From: an uncultured Nitrososphaerota archaeon
GTDB lineage: Archaea > Thermoproteota > Nitrososphaeria > Nitrososphaerales > Gagatemarchaeaceae
Assembly (NCBI GenBank): GCA_963703285.1
Contig: OY969807.1
Span: 1,280,001-1,344,000, forward strand
Direction: 5' to 3'
Length of the DNA: 64,000 bases
Shown here piece by piece: positions 1 to 9,206 of this stretch (position 1 is the stretch's first letter; every line of letters starts with the position of its first letter). The notes below the pieces were generated by a model that was given only the letters and a program-made list of their open reading frames with translations, did not search any database and had not been told where the DNA came from. A program made the translations under genes and the position numbers.

Positions 1-708
1 GGGGGCGGCGAGGAGCGCGTTCCGCTACGGGGCGTGAGGAAGCTCATCGCCGAGAGGATGTCAAAGTCGTTCCACACCGTCGCGCAGGTGACCCTCGTCG
101 ACGAGGTCGACATGACGGAGGTCGTCTTGCTCAGGGAGGCGTTCAAGGGCAGCGCCGAGAAGAGGGGGGTGAAGCTCACCTTCCTGCCGCTGATCATCAA
201 GGCCGTCCTCCCCGCGCTGAAGGAGTTTCCCTACCTCAACTCGGCCCTGGACGAAGGAACGGGGGAGATCGTCCTGAAGAAGCGATACAGCCTGGGGATC
301 GCCACGGATACGCCGGGGGGCCTGCTCGTCCCAGTCGTGAAGGACGCGGACCGCAAGGACATCTTCGAGCTCTCGGCTGAAATCGAGAGGCTGTCGGAGA
401 AGGCGCGGAGCGGGGAGCTGTCCCTCGAAGAGGTCCAGGGCTCGACCTTCACCATGACGAACCTGGGGTCGATAGGAGGGCTCTTCGCCACCCCCATAGT
501 CAACTACCCCGAGGTCGCCATCCTCGGGACGCACAGGATCTCGAAGAGGCCGGTAGTCAGGGACGGGAAGATCGAGGCTAGGGACATGATGTACCTCTCT
601 CTGAGCTTCGATCACAGGGTGATGGATGGAGCCTATGGTGCGAGGTTCATGAACAGGGTCATCGAGATACTGCAGGACCCCAAGAAGATACTCTCAGAGA
701 TCCTGTGA
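1..708 (+). CDS. 2-oxoacid dehydrogenase E2 (dihydrolipoamide acyltransferase), C-terminal catalytic part; 5' end outside window
   Basis: Motifs GSTFTMTNLG, PIVNYPEVAILG and LSFDHRVMDG. Confidence 0.93.
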   Translation, partial: GGGEERVPLRGVRKLIAERMSKSFHTVAQVTLVDEVDMTEVVLLREAFKGSAEKRGVKLTFLPLIIKAVLPALKEFPYLNSALDEGTGEIVLKKRYSLGIATDTPGGLLVPVVKDADRKDIFELSAEIERLSEKARSGELSLEEVQGSTFTMTNLGSIGGLFATPIVNYPEVAILGTHRISKRPVVRDGKIEARDMMYLSLSFDHRVMDGAYGARFMNRVIEILQDPKKILSEIL

Positions 709-710
709 GC

Positions 711-938
711 TCAGGCCTGGACCAGAGTCTCGGTCGAGCGGACGCCCGGGGCGGAGTTGATCTCGCTCGTCAGGGATCTGATCTCCGGATAGCCGGACGC
801 ATCGACGAATGCCACCAGATCGTACCTCCCGTAGACGACGAAGGCCTTCCTCACTCCCTTGAGCGACTTCGCCTTCTTGAGGACGGAATCAGTCTGCAGA
901 GGTACCGTCTTTATCAGGATGCAGGCGCTGAGAGTCAT
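711..938 (-). CDS. Stand-alone Lrp/AsnC ligand-binding (RAM) domain protein
   Basis: MTLSACILIK...VVYGRYDLVAFV...GVRSTETL; ATG at 938 overlaps the upstream stop. Confidence 0.85.
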   Translation of the reverse strand: MTLSACILIKTVPLQTDSVLKKAKSLKGVRKAFVVYGRYDLVAFVDASGYPEIRSLTSEINSAPGVRSTETLVQA

Positions 939-1183
939 CTCGTCTTGTACCCCTCTATCTCGGGAAGCGTCTCCGTGAAGACCACGCCCGAGAGCCTGTT
1001 CGCCACCACTATGGAGTGCGCTAGCGCCTTGCTGTTGGCCGCCTCGAAGTCGGCGACGATGTCGTAGCGTCCCAGGACTGAGAAGGCGCTCTTGACCTCC
1101 GGGATCTGCTTCAGGTTCTTGGCGACCTCGTCGAACTTCCCTCTTTCTGCTCTTATCAGCACGCACGCGGAGACCAAACCCAT
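935..1183 (-). CDS. Stand-alone Lrp/AsnC ligand-binding (RAM) domain protein
   Basis: MGLVSACVLI...SVLGRYDIVA...GVVFTETL; paralogue of the neighbour. Confidence 0.85.
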   Translation of the reverse strand: MGLVSACVLIRAERGKFDEVAKNLKQIPEVKSAFSVLGRYDIVADFEAANSKALAHSIVVANRLSGVVFTETLPEIEGYKTR

Positions 1184-1270
1184 CGGCGCTTCCTGCTGAG
1201 CCTTGCTAATAAAACGTTCCCGGGGGAACTCAGTTGGAGAGGCGTCCATCGCTCCCGCCTGCCGGGCGTA

Positions 1271-2083
1271 CTACGCGAGGGACTCATCGCTTCGTCCGGG
1301 CCTGTAGACGACCTCGCGCGCAGACCTGTGCAGCGCGGTGTTTCCGCCGCCTTCGCGTATCCCCCTCATGGCTCCTTCAGGGTCGATGAGCTCCACGGGG
1401 GCGACGGCGGTCACGCCCCGGCTGAACAGCGAGGGAGGATAGACTCCGGCCGAGGGGCCGAGCATCACGACCTCTCTCGCGTTCTCGGCGAGCTCCAGTA
1501 TGCGGTCTGCGGTCCCGTTGCAGAGTGTGGCGCCCGTGACGAAGACGACGTCCCCTCTGGGAACCACGACCTCGACGACGGTATCGGGGAAGGTGCGCAC
1601 GTCCCTCAGGCCGATGCTCCTCTCGAGGACGAGGACCTCCTTCACCCTGGGTCTGAGCTTCTCGACGCTGTGCCGCATGTTGCCAACCATCACAACAGTG
1701 TCGCCCTCCTCCACGCCGGTCAGCCCTATCACGTCGCCGTACTCCCTGACGATGTCTTCCCCGTGCGTCTTCAGCGCGGCCTGCGAGAGGGCGTTCAGGG
1801 CGGCGATGCCCACCACACGCTCGCTGAGGTCCCAAGACTCCGACATTCTCGCGAGCTCCACGGTCGGGATGTCCGTGAGCGTGCCCGCCCTGGAGGGGAG
1901 GCTGCAGCTCTCGGGAGAGAGGTCCTCGATCGGCGTGTTCGCCAGGCCGATATCGTCGGTGGACAGCCTGACGGCCGTGTAGTTGACCCCGACGATCAAC
2001 TCCTTCGTCGAGATCTCTCCCACTTCCTTCCCCAGCCTCTTCAGGACGTCGAAGAGGGCATCCCGCATGAGGGAGCTTCGCAT
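1271..2083 (-). CDS. DUF364/Rossmann-like putative metal-chelation protein
   Basis: VGIAALNALSQ, TGATLCNGT and LGPSA motifs; start taken at MRSSLMR. Confidence 0.75.
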   Translation of the reverse strand: MRSSLMRDALFDVLKRLGKEVGEISTKELIVGVNYTAVRLSTDDIGLANTPIEDLSPESCSLPSRAGTLTDIPTVELARMSESWDLSERVVGIAALNALSQAALKTHGEDIVREYGDVIGLTGVEEGDTVVMVGNMRHSVEKLRPRVKEVLVLERSIGLRDVRTFPDTVVEVVVPRGDVVFVTGATLCNGTADRILELAENAREVVMLGPSAGVYPPSLFSRGVTAVAPVELIDPEGAMRGIREGGGNTALHRSAREVVYRPGRSDESLA

Positions 2084-2211
2084 GGAACGCCCACCTCGAC
2101 CCCCCTGACTTAAGCTGAACGGGTAGCCCGTGCCCCATCCCAACGACCCGCCTGCAGGACCGCGCGAGCCCCTGGGCACACCGGATGGCCGACTGGCTCA
2201 GAGATGATGGT

Positions 2212-2841
2212 TCAGAGGTCTTCGTAGTACGAACCGTAGAAGCAAGGGTCGCAGAAGACTTCGCCGTTCCTTCTGACTCCCTTGCCGTCCATTATCACTT
2301 CGCCGCACCGGGTGCACAGGCTCCTCGTGTGGTCCCTGACCTGCGCGAGAAGACGCTTGGGGACTATCCGCACTTCGTGGCAAGCGAGCAGCTCCTCGGT
2401 CGGCATCCTTAGGAACGCGTTCATCGTGACCTTCCTCTCGAGCTGGGAGTTCTCCTCCACTTTCTGCCCTCTGGCGATGAGACCGTCCTTGACTGCTTGT
2501 TCGGTCGCTTGGGCGAAGAAACTTGGCCTCGTAGCGACCCTGAAGCCTTTGCCGGATTCGCCGTCGTAGAACGTAGCGGCAGACTTGCCGTACTCGAACA
2601 CTCTGAGCCTTCGACCTCCGGCCGTGCGCCCCGTGGAGATCTGGATTCCGTCGGCCGCGCAGTTGTTCGTCTCGACGACGACCATCAGGTTCTCGCGACT
2701 CTCCTTGTCCTTCATGCCCATCAGCGCGAGGCCCTGGAGCCCCATCCTCACGCCAAGAGGGATGCCGACGCACATGTGCCCCCTCAGCTTTGCAGCCTCG
2801 TTGGACAAGCAATCCAACTCTTCCCTATCTTCGGATGACAC
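2212..2841 (-). CDS. FmdE-family protein with C-terminal C4 zinc finger
   Basis: GHMCVGIPLGVRMG, ETNNCAADGIQ, CTRCGE...CDPC. Confidence 0.85.
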   Translation of the reverse strand: MSSEDREELDCLSNEAAKLRGHMCVGIPLGVRMGLQGLALMGMKDKESRENLMVVVETNNCAADGIQISTGRTAGGRRLRVFEYGKSAATFYDGESGKGFRVATRPSFFAQATEQAVKDGLIARGQKVEENSQLERKVTMNAFLRMPTEELLACHEVRIVPKRLLAQVRDHTRSLCTRCGEVIMDGKGVRRNGEVFCDPCFYGSYYEDL

Positions 2842-2930
2842 GGCGCTCTACCCTCATCCGTCGAAGCGGAGGTTATTCTATCTTCGTAAGCTGAAGCGCC
2901 TAGCGGCACGGGACGCGGAGAGGCAGCACC

Positions 2931-3932
2931 TCAGGTTATCTCTTCGCCCGGCCACATCATCTTACGGAGCTTCTTGCCCACGACCTCAATCTGGTGCTTG
3001 TCGAGTTCGTCCATGTACTTGTCGAACGACCTCTTTCCCTCCTTCTCGTAGACGCTCACCCACTCCTTCGCGAATGTCCCGTCCTGGATTTGCGTGAGGA
3101 CCTTCTTCATGTTCTTCTTGACGTTCTGGTCGAGGGCGACCTTGCCGCGGGTGAGGCCGCCGTAGCGTGCGGTCTCGCTGACCCTCCGATACATGCCGGC
3201 GATGCCATACCTCTGGACGAGGTCTACTATCAGCTTCACCTCGTGCAGGCACTCGAAGTAGGCCCCCTCGGGGCTGTACCCCGCCTCGACGAGCGTCTCA
3301 AAGGCGTCCTTGACCATGTTCTCAACGCCGCCGCAAAGGTCCACCTGTTCGCCGAACCAGTCCGTCTCCACCTCCTCCCGGAAGGTCGTCTCGAGTATGC
3401 CTGCCCTCGAGCACCCCGTGGCCTTGGCCATGCCGAGGATCCTGTCCCAGGCCCTGCCAGAGTAGTCCTTCTCCACGGCGACGAGCGCTGGGGTACCGAA
3501 GTTCTGCAGGTAGAGCTCGCGCACCCTCTGGCCGGGCGCCTTCGGGGCGAGCATTATCACGTCGGCGGTCTTCGGAGGCACGATCCACTTCCAGTGGATG
3601 GCGGCCCCGTGCGAGAAGGAGAGAGCTGCACCCTTGGCGAGGTTCGGCGCGATCTCCTCCTCGAAGATGCTAGCCTGTAGCATGTCGGGCGCCAGGATGT
3701 GGACTATGTCCGCCTTGCGCGTGGCCTCGGGGACGGTCATGACCTTGTGGCCTTCCTTCTTGGCCTTGCCCCAGCTCTTGCCCCCCTTCCGCAGACCCAC
3801 GACGACCTTCAGGCCCGAGTCCCGCATGTTGCTGGCCTGGGCCGATCCCTGGATCCCGTATCCTATCACCGCTATCGTCTCGCCCTTAATCGGTGCGAAG
3901 CTCAGCTGTTCATCGTGCCAAATCCTGACCAT
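2931..3932 (-). CDS. ilvC: Ketol-acid reductoisomerase
   Basis: IGYGIQG, FSHG, APKAPG, ETDWFGEQ, AYFECLHE, SETARYG. Confidence 0.97.
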   Translation of the reverse strand: MVRIWHDEQLSFAPIKGETIAVIGYGIQGSAQASNMRDSGLKVVVGLRKGGKSWGKAKKEGHKVMTVPEATRKADIVHILAPDMLQASIFEEEIAPNLAKGAALSFSHGAAIHWKWIVPPKTADVIMLAPKAPGQRVRELYLQNFGTPALVAVEKDYSGRAWDRILGMAKATGCSRAGILETTFREEVETDWFGEQVDLCGGVENMVKDAFETLVEAGYSPEGAYFECLHEVKLIVDLVQRYGIAGMYRRVSETARYGGLTRGKVALDQNVKKNMKKVLTQIQDGTFAKEWVSVYEKEGKRSFDKYMDELDKHQIEVVGKKLRKMMWPGEEIT

Positions 3933-4068
3933 GTTTTGAACGAATCTAGGTCCGGTAGAGCCGATATAAGTTTAGACTCGCCGCTCATGGTAGCTTCAGA
4001 GCTTCTCGAAAGCCAGGCCCCGTTCATGCAAGTTCTGCGAAGCCTTGTGCGCGACAATCAGACCCTCA

Positions 4069-4096
4069 CGTTCGGACAAAACTATTAATCGTGAAT
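4069..4096 (+). repeat. Direct repeat copy 1 (CGTTCGGACAA AACTAT TAATCGTGAAT)
   Basis: 19-bp core TCGGACAAAACTATTAATC identical in four copies. Confidence 0.95.
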
Positions 4097-4124
4097 CTCA
4101 GCCCGGCATCGCAAGGCGCTTCGG

Positions 4125-5120
4125 TTGGGCTCTGAGCTGGTACGGAGCTATCGCGTCATTGCTGTAGCGATATTCATAGCCGTCGTGCTAATCTCCGCGA
4201 GCCTGTTCGTCGTGTTCTATGATTCGACGAGAAACTCAGGACCTCTTGTTACCAGCACCTCTCCCTGTGGCTCACAAGGAGTATACTGCGGGGATTTCCA
4301 GATTGTCTCAGGGAACCTTACAGCCAGCGGTAGCAGCAGCGTCCTCGACGTGACGTTGAAAGAGACTGGCAACATGTGGATTGGGAGCGCCACGGTCTAC
4401 GTCAACGGAACGGCAATTGGCACCCCGCCCGCTTCGCAGTACGAACCTCCTGGGAACATCGCGCTGAACGTTCAGCCGGGGCAACAAACGACCCTCGTGT
4501 TGACGATTCCGAGTTTGACGATATCCGTTCAGGTGGGGAAGAGCTACTCCGTCCTCGTTTACGCATGGGAGGGTCCTCCTGGTGAGCGGGCGAACGCCGG
4601 CAGCCCGGACACCATGACCATCACCGCGACATCATCCGCCACCCGGTCGCAGACGACGAGTACCTGCTTGGCGACGACTACGACGGCCTCAAACAACACA
4701 GTGACCCCTACCCAGACCTCTCCATGCTCCACGCCTCCCCCTATCCCCCTGATAGTGAGCACCGCGCTGCCGGCCTCACGAGGCAGCGACCGGCCCGTTC
4801 CAGCGCAGAACGAAGTTACCTTCAACACCACGAACGCGGCATATGTGTTCCTGGGCGACTACGCGGGGGTCATGCTTAACGTGGCCAATGGGTGGTCTGA
4901 GGCCCAAAGCGTCGTGATCTTCGCCACGTTCAAGTCCGGTACCAGCGTCTACGTGGCGGCCGGTACCACGACGCCCGGCCCTGGGCAGACCGTCCCGGTG
5001 TTCTGCTTGGACCTGCAAACAATCCCCGCGGGAATCTATTCCGTCACCTTCGCAGCGATAGCAACGACCGACCAGGTGGTCTCAACCGTAACTACTGCCA
5101 TAACGGTAGTCGTACCTTAG
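4125..5120 (+). CDS. Membrane-anchored surface protein (N-terminal TM, beta-rich domain, Thr/Pro linker, second beta-rich domain)
   Basis: Long ORF, hydrophobic N-terminus, S/T-rich with N-x-T sites; follows repeat 1. Confidence 0.75.
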   Translation: MGSELVRSYRVIAVAIFIAVVLISASLFVVFYDSTRNSGPLVTSTSPCGSQGVYCGDFQIVSGNLTASGSSSVLDVTLKETGNMWIGSATVYVNGTAIGTPPASQYEPPGNIALNVQPGQQTTLVLTIPSLTISVQVGKSYSVLVYAWEGPPGERANAGSPDTMTITATSSATRSQTTSTCLATTTTASNNTVTPTQTSPCSTPPPIPLIVSTALPASRGSDRPVPAQNEVTFNTTNAAYVFLGDYAGVMLNVANGWSEAQSVVIFATFKSGTSVYVAAGTTTPGPGQTVPVFCLDLQTIPAGIYSVTFAAIATTDQVVSTVTTAITVVVP

Positions 5121-5128
5121 CTTTGGAA

Positions 5129-5356
5129 CTAGAAGAAAGGTCCTGGCCAGCAACCGACGCCGAAGCTGCCTTCGAAATAGTAGACGCCAAGCCACGCCCG
5201 GGGAAACCCTCCCTCCAGGTAGCAGCCTATAGACTCCGTGTAGTGTATGTGAGAATTGAGAGCGCCGCCGGGCTCGCTCGCGGCAACCACAGGAACTCCG
5301 AAGAGGAACCCAACCGCCAGTATCACGACGATAGCCTTGACCTCCCCGCTCATCAT
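5129..5356 (-). CDS. Small Cys-containing membrane protein (VPVV family)
   Basis: TM + FLFGVPVV + SIGC...YYFEG...GC; homologous to 54411-54656. Confidence 0.6.
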   Translation of the reverse strand: MMSGEVKAIVVILAVGFLFGVPVVAASEPGGALNSHIHYTESIGCYLEGGFPRAWLGVYYFEGSFGVGCWPGPFF

Positions 5357-5467
5357 TCGGCCATTCGAACTCTTCGCGCTTCCATTTCATCTAATACATC
5401 TTTCCGGTCCGTTCCCGGTTCTGGTAACTTAGCGGGTCACGCTTGACAGTGGTAACTGTCGGGTCAA

Positions 5468-5896
5468 TCAGGGAGGGACTATCATCGAGATTGGAGTAGT
5501 GGGGGCGGAGACTGCATCGTTGGATGTGGTTACAGCTGCGAACGTGACTGAGTACACCCCCGGCGGGATTGGCAGCAGGTCCACGGTGAATACATCGACA
5601 GTCTGATTCAACCCGATTGTCGTCGTACCGGCGGCCACATAGGTCGCGGTGTTTACCTTGAGAGTGACGTAGACCACGATGGTCAAGGGTCCAAACAATG
5701 AGCCTGTGACGTTGACCATGATTCCTGAATAGTACCCCAGAGTGACATACTGGGCGCCACTCGTGTTGAAGGTGACGTTAACGGGGCCTAGAATGTCCTG
5801 AGTGCTACCGGAGATTGCGGGAACGCTTCCCAAGGCTATGATGGCTAAGATTGCAATCAGCCATGAGCGTTTGACCCACCTCATACCTGTCGCCAA
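5468..5896 (-). CDS. Secreted beta-rich protein, paralogue of the C-terminal domain of 4125-5120
   Basis: Signal peptide; shared VTFNT, YVAAGTTT and IP.G.YSVTFAA blocks. Confidence 0.75.
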   Translation of the reverse strand: MATGMRWVKRSWLIAILAIIALGSVPAISGSTQDILGPVNVTFNTSGAQYVTLGYYSGIMVNVTGSLFGPLTIVVYVTLKVNTATYVAAGTTTIGLNQTVDVFTVDLLPIPPGVYSVTFAAVTTSNDAVSAPTTPISMIVPP

Positions 5897-6042
5897 GACG
5901 CATCGGCGTCTTTTGATGCTCCAGCATCTTAAAAGTTATCTTCACCGCACGTTCCCCGTCCTCCTCCCGGGTGAGCGGAGATACGAACTCTCTGGTCTAC
6001 GCGCTGACCGTGAACATGGGCTGAAGCACGGTATCCAAATCC

Positions 6043-6070
6043 TGTTCGGACAAAACTATTAATCACGAAA
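6043..6070 (+). repeat. Direct repeat copy 2 (TGTTCGGACAA AACTAT TAATCACGAAA)
   Basis: Identical 19-bp core. Confidence 0.95.
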
Positions 6071-6077
6071 CTCTAGC

Positions 6078-7175
6078 TTGTTTTGTGAGGCTTTCGCATC
6101 GAGCGCTCAGCCTTCCCGAAGTTATCTTGTCATCGCTTCGGCGATTGTAATAGCCGGCGTGCTGATCTCGGCGAGCCTGTACGTCGCTGTCGAGGCACCG
6201 ACAAGGACGGTAACCGCTACAGGAACCCCCTCCCTGACAGCTTGCTCCGAAATCACCGTCAATGGTACCGGGTATTGCACTCTTGACGTAACGGATAACA
6301 TGACTTTCGAGGAGTTTGGATACAGCGTGCTGAACGCGCCTGTCACGTTCATGGGCGTGACGTTCGAGAGCACGTGCCAATCGAACGCAGCAAACTGCCC
6401 TACGGAGAGCCAGAGCACTGTCTCCATCGGAGCGATTCCCTTCGAACTGATCTTTCCCGACGGCGGCATACAGTACATCTCAGCGCTCTATCCGTCGAAC
6501 ATCGGCTCGGGCCAAGAGGAGTACTACCTGACGTCCACCCAGACGCTTCCCAGGGCCGGTTTCCTTCTCGAGGACGCGACCACAGCACCCTACGTCCGAG
6601 TCATTCTCCTCGTGGAACCCGTTCAACAACCGACGCCGACGGCCCTCGCCAATGCAGCAGACAACCTGCAGCTCCAGCTCTATCTGAACTCGTTATCCTC
6701 GGAGAGCGGCTTTGCGGTGAGCGTCACCGTCGATGACTACAACACCCTCGCAACCACGAATAACGTCACCGCCGCGAACGACTGGTCCGTTGCGCTCGGT
6801 TACCTGGAAGGCGCAATCTGCGGCGACGACGGCGCTATCGTTGGTGTCGCGATCGCCGAGGGCCACTACACCTCCTCGAACGTCACAGCGGCCAAGTTCC
6901 TGGACCTTGTCAACCCGGGAGTCACTTACAGTTGCCCGCTCTATCTCGGATACGGAAACCCGAGAGGGTTTCTCTTCCTGCCGATGAGCGAATTCGCCGA
7001 CTCGTACGGCTGCAACCAGCAGATGTGCATGTCGGGGGGTGCGTCAACCGGGGTGGCGGTCACGGGATATTGGGATCAGGGAGGAGCCTTCATGAGCTTC
7101 CCGCGCGGAACCTACACGGCATTGGGAGAGGACGAATGGGGAAACTCTGCCTTGGCGTACTTCATCGTATCATGA
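6078..7175 (+). CDS. Membrane-anchored Cys-rich surface protein
   Basis: 365-aa ORF; N-terminal TM similar to that of 4125-5120; start codon uncertain. Confidence 0.72.
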   Translation: MFCEAFASSAQPSRSYLVIASAIVIAGVLISASLYVAVEAPTRTVTATGTPSLTACSEITVNGTGYCTLDVTDNMTFEEFGYSVLNAPVTFMGVTFESTCQSNAANCPTESQSTVSIGAIPFELIFPDGGIQYISALYPSNIGSGQEEYYLTSTQTLPRAGFLLEDATTAPYVRVILLVEPVQQPTPTALANAADNLQLQLYLNSLSSESGFAVSVTVDDYNTLATTNNVTAANDWSVALGYLEGAICGDDGAIVGVAIAEGHYTSSNVTAAKFLDLVNPGVTYSCPLYLGYGNPRGFLFLPMSEFADSYGCNQQMCMSGGASTGVAVTGYWDQGGAFMSFPRGTYTALGEDEWGNSALAYFIVS

Positions 7176-7567
7176 GGCGCATACTCGCTGTTCCTTGGAC
7201 GCAGGGACACCAGTCGAGCCAGTACGGTCACCGCCGTGACAGACAGGGCCAGCCAGAAAGCGACGTCCAAGAGATAGGACGTCCAGTTGACCGCCAAGTT
7301 GCTTATCGGAGCCAGATGGACAAACTCTGACTGAGCGCTCAAGGTGTACGTCTGAACGCGCCAGGCGAACGGAATCCCCCAGGTGTTCCCCCCGGGGGAG
7401 CCTCCCAGCGCATGGAGGCCGCTGATGGAGCTCGAAGCGTAGAACAGCAGGAGCCCCAGGGTGATTCCTCCGGCTACGAGCGCGCGCCTCTCCAGGGTTC
7501 TGACCTCCCTTGCTGTTGACGTCCGCTGGAGCGCTTTAAGCGTTGAGTCGTAGTGACGTTCGGACAA
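7112..7567 (-). CDS. Hypothetical two-TM membrane protein (WGIPFAW motif); true start probably downstream of 7567
   Basis: Two hydrophobic segments; the ORF-track start lies inside repeat 3. Confidence 0.5.
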   Translation of the reverse strand: MSERHYDSTLKALQRTSTAREVRTLERRALVAGGITLGLLLFYASSSISGLHALGGSPGGNTWGIPFAWRVQTYTLSAQSEFVHLAPISNLAVNWTSYLLDVAFWLALSVTAVTVLARLVSLRPRNSEYAPHDTMKYAKAEFPHSSSPNAV

Positions 7568-7584
7568 AACTATTAATCGAGAAT
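7557..7584 (+). repeat. Direct repeat copy 3 (CGTTCGGACAA AACTAT TAATCGAGAAT)
   Basis: Identical 19-bp core. Confidence 0.95.
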
Positions 7585-7612
7585 CAGCCTCTCATCCACC
7601 TGGGACGATGGG

Positions 7613-8566
7613 ATGAAGCGTATCTCCAAGGTGGCGGTCATTGGCGTCGTCGTCCTGCTTGGCGTCGCGGCGGGCGCGTACGCGTTCGTCCCGCTCGGCT
7701 CGCCGTTCTGGAACTGTCCGGTGGTTCGAACCAGTCCAGGATACCCAGGGACAACCGGCAGCCCGTTCAGCATCGTGCAGGTCGGAGACTTCGGTACCTT
7801 CGCGGGTCAGGAAAACTCAGGGACCGGGACCATCAGGTGGTGCATCTACAGCAACGCGGGCCTTCTTGAGAGGAGCTACCTCACGGACAGAAGGCTGAAC
7901 GGATGGGTGTCTTCAGACAATGGGTCGGTCGTGGCTGTCCTTGGGAACAAGGTGTCAGGCGGAGCGGGTATCTTCGACTACGGGGGTGGACTTTACCTCT
8001 TCAACAAGAACGGACAGATGGAGTGGAGCATCACATCTCCACAATCAATCGACTCGGTCGAGATGAACGGGAACGGCTCGGTGATTGTGGCAGGCGGATC
8101 CTCCGAACTGCTGTACATTAACAGCACCGGAAGAGTCCTTTGGAACTATTCTCAGAACGGCCCCGCGGCCATCGCCTTGTTGGATGAGGGGTCGAGTGTC
8201 CTGGCCGCGGTCTCGCAAATCACGATTCCAGGCCAGACGAACTTTGGGAGCGCACTAGTCATGTTCGATTCGAGAGGGAACCAGCTCTGGAATGTGACCA
8301 TCCCCGACCAGATTGTCGTCAGCGGCTCGGCCCTTGCAATCTCTGGCGGGCATATAGCTTTCGGCATCTCCAATGATGGATACAACGGCACCGTCGCCTA
8401 CTACGATCTGCAGGGCAACCTCGTCTGGTCCAAGCACGTCGACAGCGCGATCCTCGGCTTGAGCTTCGAGGACGGAGGCTCGACCATCCTGACAACGACA
8501 AACTGGGGCCAGGTCACGTTTGACCTTTCGGGGAACGTGGTCGGCAACCAGACCTCGCCACACTAG
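7613..8566 (+). CDS. Membrane-anchored PQQ-like/WD40 beta-propeller protein
   Basis: Repeated blade motifs LFNKNGQMEW, INSTGRVLW, FDSRGNQLW, YDLQGNLVW. Confidence 0.8.
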   Translation: MKRISKVAVIGVVVLLGVAAGAYAFVPLGSPFWNCPVVRTSPGYPGTTGSPFSIVQVGDFGTFAGQENSGTGTIRWCIYSNAGLLERSYLTDRRLNGWVSSDNGSVVAVLGNKVSGGAGIFDYGGGLYLFNKNGQMEWSITSPQSIDSVEMNGNGSVIVAGGSSELLYINSTGRVLWNYSQNGPAAIALLDEGSSVLAAVSQITIPGQTNFGSALVMFDSRGNQLWNVTIPDQIVVSGSALAISGGHIAFGISNDGYNGTVAYYDLQGNLVWSKHVDSAILGLSFEDGGSTILTTTNWGQVTFDLSGNVVGNQTSPH

Positions 8567-8625
8567 CTCCACCAAGGCACATGACGCCAAGCGCGCCGGG
8601 CTCTTTCCCCTGCAACCGCCAGCAT

Positions 8626-8653
8626 GGCTCGGACAAAACTATTAATCGTGAAA
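8626..8653 (+). repeat. Direct repeat copy 4 (GGCTCGGACAA AACTAT TAATCGTGAAA)
   Basis: Identical 19-bp core. Confidence 0.95.
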
Positions 8654-8672
8654 GGCGACGTTTTAATCAACT

Positions 8673-9111
8673 ATGAAGCTAGCACGAGTCGCAATTTCGG
8701 TATTGGTGATAGCGCTAGTCGTTGGCTCGATAATCGTCATTTCATCTCAGACGAACCTTTTGGTTAGCACGCGCACCGAACGGTTCACGACCACAACGAC
8801 AATCTCCTACCACAAGCACGGTCACCCCCACGTCCTCCCTCACGACAACGACCGTCATTGTCCCACCAACGACCGTGACCACTAGCTACGTCCAGTTGAC
8901 AGGAAACTGCACTGCGGTCACCTACTTCTCCCCTGACACTGTCTCGTCGCCGGCAACCACCGCCACGACTGACACTATCGGCAGTACCACATACTCGACC
9001 TACACCGTTGTCAACAGCACAGCCATCTATGTTGTAACAACCACCTCCTATGACCTAGGCGACCGCCCCTCAGATGGATGGACCGTCACGGTCTGCACCT
9101 TCCAGCCTTAA
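8673..9111 (+). pseudogene. Thr-rich membrane-anchored protein, frameshifted near 8805 (or assembly indel)
   Basis: TM + TTTTTI continues in another frame as PTTSTVTPTSSLTTTT into ORF 8875-9111. Confidence 0.65.
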
Positions 9112-9206
9112 CCGAACAGAATCTGTTGGCAGTGCAAAGAGAGCTTTACAGAATCGTCTCCGCAGTTCGCTTATTAACAACTCGGCCCGGGAGCCGCCAG
9201 ATTTCG

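Noticed and set aside
4069-8653. CRISPR array or classical integron attC array
   Set aside because: Spacing is 1-2 kb with whole genes between repeats and there are no cas genes. I found no R''/R' inverted pairs or attC-like hairpins, and no intI in the window.
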